A stretch of 64,000 nt of DNA from Aquamicrobium sp. (GTDB taxonomy: Bacteria > Pseudomonadota > Alphaproteobacteria > Rhizobiales > Rhizobiaceae). Location of the stretch: positions 64,116 to 128,115 of the forward strand of contig JBDHTD010000001.1 in assembly GCA_039808485.1 (NCBI GenBank), in the 5' to 3' direction. The notes under the pieces are model-generated. The model searched no databases and had not been told where the DNA came from. It saw only the letters and a program-made list of their open reading frames with translations. The translations under genes were made by a program, and so were the position numbers. This document shows, one piece after another, positions 11,459 to 23,590 of this stretch (within the stretch, counting starts at the first letter, position 1; each line of letters starts with the position of its first letter).

Positions 11459-11944
11459 ATGACCATCGAAGTTGGCCAGAAGCTGCCGGACGTTTCCTTC
11501 AAGACCGGCACCGCCGACGGCCCCAGGGAGCTGTCCACCGCCGAAATCTTCGCCGGCAAGCGGATCGTGCTGTTCGGCGTGCCGGGCGCCTTCACCCCGA
11601 CCTGCAACAACAACCACCTGCCCGGCTATCTCGAGAACCGCGACGCCATCCTCGGCAAGGGCATCGACGGAATCGCGGTCGTCGCGGTCAACGACGTCTT
11701 CGTCATGAACGCCTGGGCGAAGGCCACCGGCCGCGACGGCAAGATCCTGTTCCTCGCCGACGGCAGCGGCGATTTCGCCAGGGCGGCCGGCCTCGACCTC
11801 GACCTCGCCAAGGGCGGGCTCGGCCTCCGGCTGAAGCGCTTCTCGGCCATCGTCGAGGACGGCACGGTGACGGCGCTCAACATCGAGGACGTGCCCGGCA
11901 CGGTCGTGAATTCCGGCGCGGCGACGATCCTGGAACAGCTCTAA
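11459..11944 (+). CDS. Peroxiredoxin (Prx5-type)
   Basis: FGVPGAFTPTC peroxidatic motif, VAVNDVFVM, FLADG, KRFSAIVEDG. Confidence 0.93.
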   Translation: MTIEVGQKLPDVSFKTGTADGPRELSTAEIFAGKRIVLFGVPGAFTPTCNNNHLPGYLENRDAILGKGIDGIAVVAVNDVFVMNAWAKATGRDGKILFLADGSGDFARAAGLDLDLAKGGLGLRLKRFSAIVEDGTVTALNIEDVPGTVVNSGAATILEQL

Positions 11945-11957
11945 GCGCATTCGAACG

Positions 11958-12018
11958 GGACGGTCCGGCTCGCCGGACGGGCGGAATGGGCCGGCTCGCC
12001 GGACGGGCCGGACCGTCC
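11958..12018. repeat. 61-bp element with 12-bp inverted ends and two 18-bp direct repeats; probable bidirectional terminator
   Basis: GGACGGTCCGGC (11958-11969) and GCCGGACCGTCC (12007-12018). CCGGCTCGCCGGACGGGC at 11965 and 11991. Lies between convergent genes. Confidence 0.75.
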
Positions 12019-12022
12019 GCAA

Positions 12023-12460
12023 TCATTTCTTGAACGGCGCCATGGCCAGGCGGGCGAGCTCGTCGGCGCGCTCGTTCTCCGGGTGGCCGGCATGGCCCTT
12101 GACCCAGTGCCACGTCACCTTGTGGCGCCGGTTGGCCTCGTCGAGCGCCTGCCACAGCTCGGCGTTCTTGACCGGCTTCCTGTCGGCGGTCTTCCAGCCG
12201 TTGCGCTTCCAGCCGTGAATCCAGCCCGATATGCCGTCCATGACATATTTGCTGTCGGTGTAAAGCTCGACCGCGCACCGCTCCTTCAGCGCGCTGAGCG
12301 CGGTGATCGCCGCCAGAAGCTCCATGCGGTTGTTGGTCGTCTCGGCCTCGCCGCCGGACAGTTCCTTCTCGATGCCGTTGAAGCGCAGGATCGCGCCCCA
12401 GCCGCCGGGGCCGGGATTGCCCGAGCACGCGCCGTCGGTGAATATCTCGATCTTCTTCAC
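12023..12460 (-). CDS. rnhA: Ribonuclease HI
   Basis: [47 protein letters not shown] start overlaps the thrB stop. Confidence 0.96.
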   Translation of the reverse strand: MKKIEIFTDGACSGNPGPGGWGAILRFNGIEKELSGGEAETTNNRMELLAAITALSALKERCAVELYTDSKYVMDGISGWIHGWKRNGWKTADRKPVKNAELWQALDEANRRHKVTWHWVKGHAGHPENERADELARLAMAPFKK

Positions 12461-13425
12461 GGGCGGACGAGGCCGTATTCGCCGGCCGACGCGACGCCGC
12501 GATGAAAGCGCAGCCTGCGGACATATTCCATCGGGTCGCGCTTCATCACCAGCGCGCCGTCCGGGCCGTGCAGCCAGTCGTAAAGCCGCGTCAGCATGAA
12601 GCGCAGCGCCGAGCCGCGCGCGAGCAGCGGCAGCGCCGCGATCTCGGCCGGATCGAGCCGGCGCACGCTCTGGTAGCCGGCGAGAAGCGCCGCCCCCTTG
12701 GTCAGGTTGAAGGCGTGGTCGCGCTCGAAGCACCAAGCGTTCAGGCAGGTCGCCAGATCGTAGGCGAGGAAGTCGTTGCAGGCGAAATAAAAATCGATCA
12801 GCCCCGAAAGCGTCTCGCCGAGGAAGAACACGTTGTCGGGGAACAGGTCGGCATGGATGACGCCGGCGGGAAGGTCGCGCGGCCAGCCGGCGTCGAGCGC
12901 GGCGAAATCGGCCGCCACCTCGACCCCGAGCCCCGGCTCGACCTCGTCGGCGCGGGCGCGGCAGCCGTCCCACAGCGCGCGCCAGCCCGGCAGCGACAGC
13001 GCGTTGGGGCGACGAAGCGGAAAATCGGCGCCGGCGACATGCAGGCGCGCCAGCGCCTCGCCGACGGCGCGGCAGTGCGCCGGCGTCGGCCGGCGCGGCC
13101 ACATGCCCTCGAGGAAGGTGATGATGGCCGCCGGCCGGCCGGCCAGCTCGCCGGTCATCTCGCCGTCGGCGCGGCGCACCGGCAACGGGCAGGACACGCC
13201 GCGCCGCGCCAGATGCTCCATCAGGCCGAGGAAGAACGGCAGGTCGGCGCGCTCGACGCGCTTCTCGTAAAGCGTGAGGATGAACGGGCCGGCCTCGGTG
13301 TGGAGGACGAAGTTGGAATTTTCCGTGCCCTCCGCGATGCCCTTGTAGGACAAAAGCCCGCCGAGGCGATAGCCGGCGAGGAAGGCGGCGAGTTCGCCCT
13401 CGGTGATGTCGGTGTAGACGGCCAT
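12457..13425 (-). CDS. thrB: Homoserine kinase type II
   Basis: MAVYTD start, [32 protein letters not shown]. Confidence 0.94.
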   Translation of the reverse strand: MAVYTDITEGELAAFLAGYRLGGLLSYKGIAEGTENSNFVLHTEAGPFILTLYEKRVERADLPFFLGLMEHLARRGVSCPLPVRRADGEMTGELAGRPAAIITFLEGMWPRRPTPAHCRAVGEALARLHVAGADFPLRRPNALSLPGWRALWDGCRARADEVEPGLGVEVAADFAALDAGWPRDLPAGVIHADLFPDNVFFLGETLSGLIDFYFACNDFLAYDLATCLNAWCFERDHAFNLTKGAALLAGYQSVRRLDPAEIAALPLLARGSALRFMLTRLYDWLHGPDGALVMKRDPMEYVRRLRFHRGVASAGEYGLVRP

Positions 13426-14420
13426 CAGGCGCTTCCGTTCACAAACGCCATGTCGGCGGCCGTCAGTTCGACGTCGCGCAGCACACGATTGACGAGGAAG
13501 GTCTCGGTTTCCTCGGCGGTGATGGCCAGATCCACCTTGACCTCGAACCGGGCGCGGAAGGCGTCGATGATCTCGTCGACGATGATCTCCGGCGCCGACG
13601 CCCCGGCCGAGAGGCCTAGGACGGCGATGTCGCCGACGGCGTCCCAGTCGATCTCGGCGGCGCGCTGGACCAGCAGCCCGCGCCGCGCCCCGGCGCGCTC
13701 CGCCACCTCGACCAGGCGCTTGGAGTTCGAGGAATTGGGCGCGCCGACGACGATGAACAGGTCGGCGCCGGGCGCTGCCTCCTTGACTGCGTCCTGGCGG
13801 TTGGTGGTGGCGTAGCAGATCGATTCCGCCGCCGGGGCCTGCAAGGCCGGAAACCGCGCCTCCAGCGCGCGGACGATGCCGGCGGTGTCCTCGACCGACA
13901 GCGTGGTCTGGGTGACGAAGCCGAGCGCCTGCGGGTCGGCCGGCTCGATCCGCGCCGCGTCGGCCTCGGTCTCGACCAGCGTCACCGCGCCCGCGGGCAA
14001 CTGGCCCATGGTGCCGATCACCTCGGGGTGGCCGGCATGGCCGATCAGGAGGACATGGCGGCCCTGGCGGTGATGGCGCATCGCCTGCTTGTGCACCTTG
14101 GAGACCAGCGGGCAGGTGGCGTCGAGATAGAACAGGTTGCGCGCCTGCGCCTCCTGCGGCACCGACTTCGGCACGCCGTGGGCGGAAAACACCACCGGCT
14201 TGTCGTGGTGCTCGGGCGGGATCTCGTCGATCTCCTCGATGAACACCGCGCCGCGCTCCTGCAATCCCTCGACCACATAGCGGTTGTGGACGATCTCGTG
14301 GCGGACATAGACCGGCGCACCGTATTTCTTCAAAGCCAGGACCACGATCTGGATGGCACGGTCGACGCCGGCGCAGAAACCGCGCGGACCGCAAAGCCTG
14401 ATCGTGAGAGGTGGTTTCAT
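13425..14420 (-). CDS. ispH: 4-hydroxy-3-methylbut-2-enyl diphosphate reductase
   Basis: [40 protein letters not shown]. Confidence 0.96.
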   Translation of the reverse strand: MKPPLTIRLCGPRGFCAGVDRAIQIVVLALKKYGAPVYVRHEIVHNRYVVEGLQERGAVFIEEIDEIPPEHHDKPVVFSAHGVPKSVPQEAQARNLFYLDATCPLVSKVHKQAMRHHRQGRHVLLIGHAGHPEVIGTMGQLPAGAVTLVETEADAARIEPADPQALGFVTQTTLSVEDTAGIVRALEARFPALQAPAAESICYATTNRQDAVKEAAPGADLFIVVGAPNSSNSKRLVEVAERAGARRGLLVQRAAEIDWDAVGDIAVLGLSAGASAPEIIVDEIIDAFRARFEVKVDLAITAEETETFLVNRVLRDVELTAADMAFVNGSA

Positions 14421-14546
14421 GGTCTGATCTCTTTGTCCGGGCCCGATGCCCGCGAAAACCGGCGCGCGGCCCGGGCCGGCGCGATTCCACGGGTTGGGAT
14501 CATGCCCCGGCCGCCAGGCGGTGGATGGCCGTTGCCGCCCTTCCTG

Positions 14547-15314
14547 TCAAGCCGGCGGCCGCCACCTGCGCCACAGCCAGACGCCGAGCACCCCGGCGAG
14601 CGCCGCCGCCAGCCCGTACCATGTGATGGCATATTGCAGGTGGCTGTTGGGCATGTCGATCAGCGTCACGCCGCCCACCGGCAGCCCGCCGGGGTTGGGC
14701 GCGTCGTCGGCATCGACGAAGAACGGCAGGTAATCGGCGGGCCGGCCGACGCCCGCGCTTGCCGCCATCGCCGCGAGGTCCTTCCAGTAGAAGACGTTCT
14801 TGGCCAGGTCGTTGTCGGGCATCAGCGAATTCGGCTTCCCGTCCAGCCGGTTGCGGGCGAGGCCGACGATCTCCCGCCGGCCCTCGACCTGGCCTTCGCC
14901 GCGGCGGCCCGGCTCCTTCAGCTCGAACGGCACGAAGCCGCGATTGACCAGGACGAGGCGGCCGTCGTCGAGCTCGAGCGGCGTGTAGACGAAATAACCG
15001 GTGCGACCCTTGTGGGTGGCGAAGAAATGCCGCTCGCCCTCGTGACGGAAGGTGCCGGAAAGCGACACCGGCCAGTAGTCGACGTCGCCGGTCTCGGCCA
15101 GCCGCGCCTCGATCGCGGCCAGCGGCCGCGGCGCGGCGTTGACGCGCGCCTCGATGGTGGCGAGCAGCTCCTCCTTCCAGTGCAGGCGCTGGACCTGCCA
15201 GGTGCCGAGGCCGATCAGGACGGCGAAGGCGACGAGCCCGAGAACGGCGAAAAGCGCCGTGCCGACGCGCCCGGCCTTGCCGTCTCCCTTTCCGCCGCCG
15301 GCATCCGCGCTCAT
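14547..15314 (-). CDS. SURF1 family cytochrome oxidase biogenesis protein
   Basis: LGTWQVQRLHWK, VLVNRGFVP, NSHLQYAITWYGLA. Located downstream of the cox operon. Confidence 0.92.
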   Translation of the reverse strand: MSADAGGGKGDGKAGRVGTALFAVLGLVAFAVLIGLGTWQVQRLHWKEELLATIEARVNAAPRPLAAIEARLAETGDVDYWPVSLSGTFRHEGERHFFATHKGRTGYFVYTPLELDDGRLVLVNRGFVPFELKEPGRRGEGQVEGRREIVGLARNRLDGKPNSLMPDNDLAKNVFYWKDLAAMAASAGVGRPADYLPFFVDADDAPNPGGLPVGGVTLIDMPNSHLQYAITWYGLAAALAGVLGVWLWRRWRPPA

Positions 15315-15727
15315 GGCCGCTCCTCCCCGCCGCGAGAGCTGTCCAGCCGGCCCTCGGCGGCCTTGTTGCGATATTGCAGCACGATCAGCAGCCCTTTCAG
15401 CGCGCGCAGCGTGACCAGCGACAGCACCAGCGTCAGCGGAATCCACAGCATGAAATGCAGCCACAGCGGCGGGTTGTAGGAAACCTCCATCCACAGCGCC
15501 AGCCCGACGACGACGAAGCCGATGATGAGGATGACGAACACGGCCGGACCGTCGCCGGCATCGGCGAAGGAATAGTCGAGCCGGCAATTGCCGCAGCGCT
15601 CGCCGACGCCGAGGAAGCCCTTGAACAGGCGCCCCTCGCCGCAGCGCGGGCAGCGGCCCGACAGGCCGGCCTTCACCGGGTCGACCGGGGCCCACAACGC
15701 CGTGTCCATGTGGTCGTGCTCGTTCAT
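15311..15727 (-). CDS. DUF983 domain-containing membrane protein
   Basis: RCPRCGEGRLFKGFL and CGNC zinc-ribbon-like motif, DAGDGPA, two TM helices. Confidence 0.88.
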   Translation of the reverse strand: MNEHDHMDTALWAPVDPVKAGLSGRCPRCGEGRLFKGFLGVGERCGNCRLDYSFADAGDGPAVFVILIIGFVVVGLALWMEVSYNPPLWLHFMLWIPLTLVLSLVTLRALKGLLIVLQYRNKAAEGRLDSSRGGEERP

Positions 15728-15760
15728 CGCATCCGTCCCGGCCGCTCACCGGCCTTTCAT

Positions 15761-15790
15761 GACAAAGGCGGCCGTGTCGCCACGGCCGCC
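15761..15790 (-). terminator. Intrinsic terminator after cox subunit III
   Basis: 10-bp stem GGCGGCCGTG/CACGGCCGCC with 4-nt loop, followed by TTTGTC on the minus strand. Confidence 0.65.
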
Positions 15791-15818
15791 CTTGGATTAT
15801 CCGTTCGGTCGGGCCGTC

Positions 15819-16700
15819 TCAATGCACGGCGATGGTGCCGCCGGACGAACCCCAGACATAGATGGCGGCGAACAGGAACAGCCAGACCACGTCGACGAAG
15901 TGCCAGTACCACGCCGCCGCCTCGAGGCCGAAATGCTGCTTCGGCGTGAAGTGGCCGGCCATCGCCCGCAACAGGCAGACGATCAGGAAGATGGTGCCGA
16001 TGATGACGTGGAAGCCGTGGAAGCCGGTGGCCATGAAGAAGGTCGCGCCGTAGATCGACTGCTTGAAGTCGAACGGGGCGTGGGCGTACTCGTAGAACTG
16101 GACGTAGGAGAACAGGAGGCCGAGCGCGACCGTGATGGCGAGGCCCCACACCAGGCCCTTGCGGTCATTGTGCAGCAGCGCGTGGTGCGCCCAGGTCAGC
16201 GTCGTGCCCGACAGGAGCAGGATGATGGTGTTGTAGAGCGGCAGGTGGAAGGGATCGAGGATCTCGATGCCCTTCGGCGGCCAGACGCCACCAGTATATT
16301 CCGACCGCAGAACCTGCTGCGCCTCGCCGGGAAACAGGCTGGCGTCGAAAAAGGCCCAGAACCACGCCGCGAAGAACATCACCTCGGAGGCGATGAACAT
16401 GATCATGCCGTAGCGCAGGTGGATCGAAACCACCCGGGTGTGATGGCCCTCATGCGCCTCGCGGATCGTGTCCGACCACCAGGCGAACATGACGTAGAGC
16501 ACCAGCGCCAGGCCGATGAAGAAGACCCACGGCGTGGCGAGCGGGATGCCGAGCAGGGAGAAATCGGCGTTGCCCTTGAGATACTGCATCCAGCCGATGC
16601 CGCCGACCGCCAGCACGAAGGCGGAGAACGCGCCAAGGATCGGCCACGGGCTCGGGTCGATGATGTGGTAGTCGTGGTTCTTGGCGTGGGCGTCTGCCAT
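15819..16700 (-). CDS. ctaE: Cytochrome c oxidase subunit III
   Basis: HDYHIIDPSPWP, GMIMFIASEVMFF, FFMATGFHGFHV, WYWHFVDVVW. Confidence 0.96.
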   Translation of the reverse strand: MADAHAKNHDYHIIDPSPWPILGAFSAFVLAVGGIGWMQYLKGNADFSLLGIPLATPWVFFIGLALVLYVMFAWWSDTIREAHEGHHTRVVSIHLRYGMIMFIASEVMFFAAWFWAFFDASLFPGEAQQVLRSEYTGGVWPPKGIEILDPFHLPLYNTIILLLSGTTLTWAHHALLHNDRKGLVWGLAITVALGLLFSYVQFYEYAHAPFDFKQSIYGATFFMATGFHGFHVIIGTIFLIVCLLRAMAGHFTPKQHFGLEAAAWYWHFVDVVWLFLFAAIYVWGSSGGTIAVH

Positions 16701-16701
16701 T

Positions 16702-17328
16702 CTATCCCCCGAGTTTCGTGTCGGTGTTGACCTGCGTCTTCCCGGCCGAAGCCTGATTCCGCGATTGCTCGCCGTCGATCGGGAAGAAGGTGTAGGAAAG
16801 GGTGATGGTGTGGATATTCTTCAGCTCCGGCACGTCGACGATGGCCGGATCGACATAGAACACGACCGGCATGTCCATGGTTTCGCCGGGCGCCAGCTCG
16901 TTGTCGGTGAAGCAGAAGCACTCGACCTTCATGAAATAGGCGCCGGCGAGCTGCGGCGTCACGTTGAAGGTGGCGCGGCCCGAGGTCGGCGCCGAAAAGA
17001 CGTTCTGGGCCTGATAGTGCGCCTGCGTCGTCTCGCCGATCCTGATCTCGACCTCGCGCACCACGGGCTTGAACTGCCAGGGCAGGCCGCCGGCGACGTT
17101 GGCGTCGAAGCGCACCGTCACCTTGCGGTCGAGCACCACGTCCGAATACTGGCTGACGCGCTGGGTGGTGCCGCCATAGCCGGTGACGCGGCAGAACATG
17201 TCGTAGAGCGGCACCGCCGCATAGGACATGCCGAGCATGGTGCCGAGGAACGTCAGGCACACCAGGACCACGGCGCGGTTGGAGAGCCGTCGTCCTTCCT
17301 GGTTTGCCGATGTCGCCGGAACCGTCAT
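16702..17328 (-). CDS. ctaG: Cytochrome c oxidase copper assembly protein (Cox11)
   Basis: YAAVPLYDMFCRVTGYGGT and KVECFCF copper motif. Start ATG 17328. Confidence 0.94.
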   Translation of the reverse strand: MTVPATSANQEGRRLSNRAVVLVCLTFLGTMLGMSYAAVPLYDMFCRVTGYGGTTQRVSQYSDVVLDRKVTVRFDANVAGGLPWQFKPVVREVEIRIGETTQAHYQAQNVFSAPTSGRATFNVTPQLAGAYFMKVECFCFTDNELAPGETMDMPVVFYVDPAIVDVPELKNIHTITLSYTFFPIDGEQSRNQASAGKTQVNTDTKLGG

Positions 17329-17335
17329 CTTGCCC

Positions 17336-17503
17336 TCACATCGGCCGGTTGAGGATGGCCGGGCCGAACTTGACCAGCGTGATGACATAGAACAGCACGA
17401 CGAGGGCGGCGAGCGCCAGGCCGATGGCGATGGAACGGCTGCGCCGCGCCTTCTTCTGCACCTCGGTCATCTCGATGCCGCGGTCGGGTCCGTTTTCTTC
17501 CAT
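17336..17503 (-). CDS. Small single-TM protein of the cox operon (CoxF-like)
   Basis: 55 aa, [29 protein letters not shown], at the usual position between ctaB and ctaG. Confidence 0.75.
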   Translation of the reverse strand: MEENGPDRGIEMTEVQKKARRSRSIAIGLALAALVVLFYVITLVKFGPAILNRPM

Positions 17504-17508
17504 CACGC

Positions 17509-18447
17509 TCACCACATGCCTCCGATGCGCCCGACGATGCCGTCCGCCAGCAGCGCGGCGAAGATGGCGAAGAGGTAGAATACCGAATAGGCGAACAACA
17601 GCTTGGCCGGGCGCATGGCGCGGTCGGCCTCGGGCATGCGCAGCACCTTCCACGCATACCAGACGAAGGCGAGGCCGAGCGCGGCCGCGAACAGTCCGTA
17701 GGCGAGGCTGGCCACCCCCATCAGCGTCGGCACGACCGCGATCGCCGCCACGGGCGGCGAATAGGCGAAGATCTGACGCTTGGTCGAGGCTTCGCCGGCG
17801 ACGTTGGGCATCATCGGCACGCCGGCGCGCTGGTAGTCGCCGGACTTGAACAGCGCCAGCGCCCAGAAATGCGGCGGGGTCCACAGGAAGATGATGAGGA
17901 ACTGGACAAGGCTGAACAGGCTGACCTCGCCGGTGACGGCGGCCCAGCCGATGACCGGCGGAAAGGCGCCGGCGGCGCCGCCGATGACGATGTTCTGCGG
18001 CGTCCAGCGCTTCAGCCATATCGTGTAGACGACGGCGTAGAAGAAGATGGTGAAGGCGAGCAGGCCCGCCGCCAACCAGTTGGCGACGAGGCCGAGCGTC
18101 AGCACCGACAGCGCCGACAGCACCAGGCCGAAGGCGAGCGCCTCGCGGGCGGCGACGCGGCCGGCCGGCACCGGCCGGGTGGCGGTGCGACTCATGACGG
18201 CGTCGATGTCGGCGTCATACCACATGTTGAGCGCGCCCGACGCGCCGGCGCCGACCGCGATGGCGAGAATCGAGAACACGGCGATGACCGGATTGACCGA
18301 GGCCTGGGCCGTCACCATGCCGACGAAGGCGGTGAAGACCACGAGCGACATCACCCGCGGCTTCAGCAGCGCGAGATAGTCGCGTGGCGTCGCCTCCGAA
18401 ATGCGGAAGCCGACATCCTCGAACCTGCTTTCATCCATGAGGGCCAT
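17509..18447 (-). CDS. ctaB: Protoheme IX farnesyltransferase (heme O synthase)
   Basis: [55 protein letters not shown]. Confidence 0.95.
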   Translation of the reverse strand: MALMDESRFEDVGFRISEATPRDYLALLKPRVMSLVVFTAFVGMVTAQASVNPVIAVFSILAIAVGAGASGALNMWYDADIDAVMSRTATRPVPAGRVAAREALAFGLVLSALSVLTLGLVANWLAAGLLAFTIFFYAVVYTIWLKRWTPQNIVIGGAAGAFPPVIGWAAVTGEVSLFSLVQFLIIFLWTPPHFWALALFKSGDYQRAGVPMMPNVAGEASTKRQIFAYSPPVAAIAVVPTLMGVASLAYGLFAAALGLAFVWYAWKVLRMPEADRAMRPAKLLFAYSVFYLFAIFAALLADGIVGRIGGMW

Positions 18448-18477
18448 GCGTACCTGATCCGGTCTATCCGTTTGGCC

Positions 18478-18521
18478 GAAGCCGCCGGCGCCCAGGGAAA
18501 AGAGGGAGGGCCGGCGGCTTC
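18478..18521. terminator. 12-bp inverted repeat downstream of ctaD
   Basis: GAAGCCGCCGGC (18478-18489) and GCCGGCGGCTTC (18510-18521). Confidence 0.45.
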
Positions 18522-18543
18522 ATCGTTGTGGCGGGACGGCTTC

Positions 18544-20238
<1,695 letters not shown>

Positions 20239-21138
20239 TTAGTGCGCGCTGGCGCTAATGCTGGCGTTGGGGCCGGCGTCGGCGACGTCCACCGCGCGGC
20301 TCGCGAGCGAGGCCATGAGCGACTTGTTCGCCTCGTCCAGATTGGCCTGCGCGCCCGCGCGCCAGGTGTCGTACTGCTCGCGGCTGACGACGCGGATGCC
20401 GATCGGCATGAAGGCGTGGTCCTTGCCGCACAGCTCCGAGCACTGGCCGTAATAGATGCCTTCGCGCTGGGCCTTGAACCAGGTCTCGTTCAGGCGGCCG
20501 GGCACGGCGTCGACCTTGACCCCGAATGCGGGCATGGCGAAGGCGTGGATGACGTCGTTGGCGGTGACGAGGACGCGCACGGTGGTGTCGACCGGGACGA
20601 CGACCTCGTTGTCGACGGCCAGCAGCCGCGGATAGGCGGCGCGGTCTTCCTTGCCCGCCGCGGCGCGGTCTTCGTCGCGCAGCAGGAACGAGGAGAAGGT
20701 CAACGGCTCGTCGCCGTCCTGGTATTCGTACTCCCAGCTCCACTGGACGCCCGTGGCCTTCAGGGTCAGGGCCGGCTCTTCGCCCGGATCGTACTGCGCG
20801 GTCAGAAGCTGGAACGAGGGGATGGCGATGAACAGGAGTACGATCACCGGCCCGACGGTCCAGATCACCTCGATCAGCGTGTTGTGGCTGGTGCGCGAGG
20901 GGTTGGGGTTGGCGCCGGCGCGGTATCTGAACATGCACCAGGCGAGCAGCGCCATGACGAGCAGGGTGATCGGCACGATGAACCAGAGCGTGTAGCGCTC
21001 GAACCAGCGGATCTCTTCCATGATGGAGGTCGCGGCCGGTTGCAGGCCGAGCTGCCACGGCGTCGGCTGCGCCGCATACGCGCTGGCGGCAGCCAGAAGC
21101 GGCAGGAGAACGGCCGCGCCTGCAAGGAACTTCTTCAT
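20239..21138 (-). CDS. ctaC: Cytochrome c oxidase subunit II
   Basis: Signal peptide, IEVIWT, DVIHAF and CuA motif CSELCGKDHAFM. Start ATG 21138; ATG 21150 is an alternative. Confidence 0.96.
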   Translation of the reverse strand: MKKFLAGAAVLLPLLAAASAYAAQPTPWQLGLQPAATSIMEEIRWFERYTLWFIVPITLLVMALLAWCMFRYRAGANPNPSRTSHNTLIEVIWTVGPVIVLLFIAIPSFQLLTAQYDPGEEPALTLKATGVQWSWEYEYQDGDEPLTFSSFLLRDEDRAAAGKEDRAAYPRLLAVDNEVVVPVDTTVRVLVTANDVIHAFAMPAFGVKVDAVPGRLNETWFKAQREGIYYGQCSELCGKDHAFMPIGIRVVSREQYDTWRAGAQANLDEANKSLMASLASRAVDVADAGPNASISASAH

Positions 21139-21354
21139 CACCCTCGTCATCTCCCCGTCGGAATTTGCCTGGCGATTTTCTTCGGAAAACCACAAGCGCC
21201 CCGCCCTTCGTCGAGGGACGAGGGGCGGGCCACTGGCACAATCTCAAACCACAATCTTTATCAGACCGCAAGGAATGGTTTGACGGAGGGCGAGGATTGC
21301 CGGGAATGCGGCTGCGGCATTTTTGCCCGCCCTTGCCGGAACGACGCCTACGCC

Positions 21355-21368
21355 TTGATTTTGCTCAA
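21355..21368. promoter_or_regulatory. FNR/FixK-type box in the ctaC-ialB divergent intergenic region
   Basis: TTGAT-TTTG-CTCAA, one mismatch to TTGAT-N4-ATCAA. Confidence 0.55.
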
Positions 21369-21482
21369 CTTGCGGCCAATTTTGCCATTGGCCATGCCTG
21401 CCCATGCGTAAGGTGCCCCGCCCGGCCGGCCCGTGCTAGATTTGCGTGATTCGTCACGCCCTTTGTCGAGAGGATACGCTTC

Positions 21483-22025
21483 ATGACGCTTCGCTGGACC
21501 GCGCCGGAGGCCGCCCGTTCGACCCGCTTCGCGGCACTCTTCGCCGGCGCATTCGCCCTGTGCGGCCTCGCCGCGCCGGGAGTCGCCACGGCGCAGCAGG
21601 GCACGGTGCGCTCGACGCACGGCTCATGGTCGGTCGTCTGCGACACGCCCGGCGGCGCCGCCGCCGAGCAGTGCGCGCTGATGCAGAACGTCGTCGCCGA
21701 GGACCGGCCAGAAGTCGGGCTTTCGGTCGTCGTGCTGCGCACGGCAGACAGCCGCGCCGAGATCCTGCGCGTGCTGGCGCCGCTCGGCGTGCTCCTGCCC
21801 AACGGGCTCGGCCTCAACGTCGACGGCAAGGACATCGGCCGCGCCTATTTCGTGCGCTGCTTCCAGGACGGCTGCTACGCGGAGGTGATCCTGGAAAAGC
21901 CGCTGCTCGACACGCTGAAGAGCGGCCAGGCCGCGACCTTCATCGTCTTCCAGACGCCGGAGGAAGGCATCGGCATCCCGGTCGACCTCGCCGGCTTCTC
22001 GGCCGGTTTCGACGCCCTGCCCTGA
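21483..22025 (+). CDS. Invasion-associated locus B (IalB) family periplasmic protein
   Basis: Signal peptide, HGSWSVVC, PLGVLLPNGL, CFQDGC, GFSAGFDAL. Confidence 0.85.
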   Translation: MTLRWTAPEAARSTRFAALFAGAFALCGLAAPGVATAQQGTVRSTHGSWSVVCDTPGGAAAEQCALMQNVVAEDRPEVGLSVVVLRTADSRAEILRVLAPLGVLLPNGLGLNVDGKDIGRAYFVRCFQDGCYAEVILEKPLLDTLKSGQAATFIVFQTPEEGIGIPVDLAGFSAGFDALP

Positions 22026-22104
22026 ACGAAAACGCGGCGCACGGGTGCAACCCGCGCCGCGCCCGCCTATATGACAGGCGCGGCAGGCAGGAAAGGCGAC
22101 GAAG

Positions 22105-23520
22105 GTGGCGGCAAGGCTTCTCGAACAATTCGACATCGCGCCGGAGGCGGTGCGCCGGATCGTCGCCGAGGCGACCGGAGGTGCCGACGACGGCGAGCTC
22201 TATGTCGAGCACCGCGAGGGCGAGGCGCTGGTGTTCGACGACGGCCGGCTGAAGACCGCCAATTTCAACACCGAGCGCGGGTTCGGCCTGCGCGCCGTCG
22301 CCGGCGAGGCCACGGGCTATGCCCATTCGGGCGAGTTGTCAGAAGCCGCGCTCAGGCGGGCGGCGGCGGCCGTCGCCGCCGTCGGCAAGGGCCGTTCCGG
22401 CACCGCCGCCGAGGCGCCCGCCGGCACCAACCGCAAGCTCTACGGCGAGGACAACCCGACCGCCGCGCCCGGCTTCGACGCCAAGGCGAAGCTGTTGCAG
22501 GAGGTCGACGCCTTCGTGCGCGGCCTCGACCCCAGGGTGCGCCAGGTCACCGCCTCGCTCGCCGCGTCGTGGCAGCAGGTCGAGATCCTGCGCGCCGACG
22601 GGCGGGTGGCGGGCGACATCCGGCCGCTGGTCCGCTTCAACGTCGCGGTCGTCGTCGGCGACGGCGACCGGCAGGAGACCGGCTCCTACGGCATGGGCGG
22701 GCGCAAGGGCTTCGGCGAATTCCTGGCCGAGGACTCGTGGCGGCACGCCGCGCGCGAGGCGCTCAGGCAGGCGCTGGTCAATCTCGACGCCGAGCCCGCG
22801 CCCGCCGGCACGTTCGACATCGTGCTCTCAGCCGGCTGGCCGGGCGTGATGCTGCACGAGGCGGTCGGGCACGGCCTCGAAGGCGATTTCAACCGCAAGA
22901 AGACCTCGGCCTTTTCCGGGCTGATGGGCAGCCAGGTGGCGGCGAAGGGCGTGACCGTGGTCGATGACGGCACCGTGCCCGAGCGGCGCGGCTCGCTGAC
23001 CATCGACGACGAGGGCACGGCGACCAATCGCACCGTGCTGATCGAGGACGGCCGGCTGGTCGGCTACATGCAGGACCGGCAGAACGCGCGGCTGATGGGC
23101 ATGGCGCCCACCGGCAACGGGCGGCGCGAATCCTACGCCCACCAGCCGATGCCGCGCATGACCAACACCTACATGACCGATGGCGCCTACGCGCCCGACG
23201 AGATCATCGCCTCGGTGAAGGACGGCATCTACGCCGTCTCCTTCGGCGGCGGCCAGGTCGACATCACCAGCGGCAAGTTCGTGTTCGGCTGCACCGAGGC
23301 CTACAGGATCGAGAACGGCAAGGTGACGCGGCCGATCAAGGGCGCGATGCTGATCGGCAACGGGCCGGACGCGATGCACCGCGTGTCGATGGTCGGCAAC
23401 GACATGAAGCTCGACACCGGCATCGGCATGTGCGGCAAGGCCGGCCAGCAGGTGCCGGTCGGCGTCGGCCAGCCGCATCTGCGCATGGACCGCATGACCG
23501 TCGGCGGCACGAAAGCCTGA
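22105..23520 (+). CDS. tldD: Metalloprotease TldD
   Basis: GVMLHEAVGHGLEGDFNRK, GNGRRESY, PMPRMTNT, CGKAGQQVPVGVGQP. Confidence 0.95.
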   Translation: MAARLLEQFDIAPEAVRRIVAEATGGADDGELYVEHREGEALVFDDGRLKTANFNTERGFGLRAVAGEATGYAHSGELSEAALRRAAAAVAAVGKGRSGTAAEAPAGTNRKLYGEDNPTAAPGFDAKAKLLQEVDAFVRGLDPRVRQVTASLAASWQQVEILRADGRVAGDIRPLVRFNVAVVVGDGDRQETGSYGMGGRKGFGEFLAEDSWRHAAREALRQALVNLDAEPAPAGTFDIVLSAGWPGVMLHEAVGHGLEGDFNRKKTSAFSGLMGSQVAAKGVTVVDDGTVPERRGSLTIDDEGTATNRTVLIEDGRLVGYMQDRQNARLMGMAPTGNGRRESYAHQPMPRMTNTYMTDGAYAPDEIIASVKDGIYAVSFGGGQVDITSGKFVFGCTEAYRIENGKVTRPIKGAMLIGNGPDAMHRVSMVGNDMKLDTGIGMCGKAGQQVPVGVGQPHLRMDRMTVGGTKA

Positions 23521-23590
23521 TCCCCTCCCGCCGGCTCTGTGCCCCTTCCATCACGCTCCGTTTCCCGCCCAGCCCTTTCCCGGTGACGCC

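Noticed and set aside
11958-12018. Direct repeats considered as a mini CRISPR array (also the thrC repeat)
   Set aside because: There are only two units, no unique spacers of about 30 nt, and no cas genes in the window.
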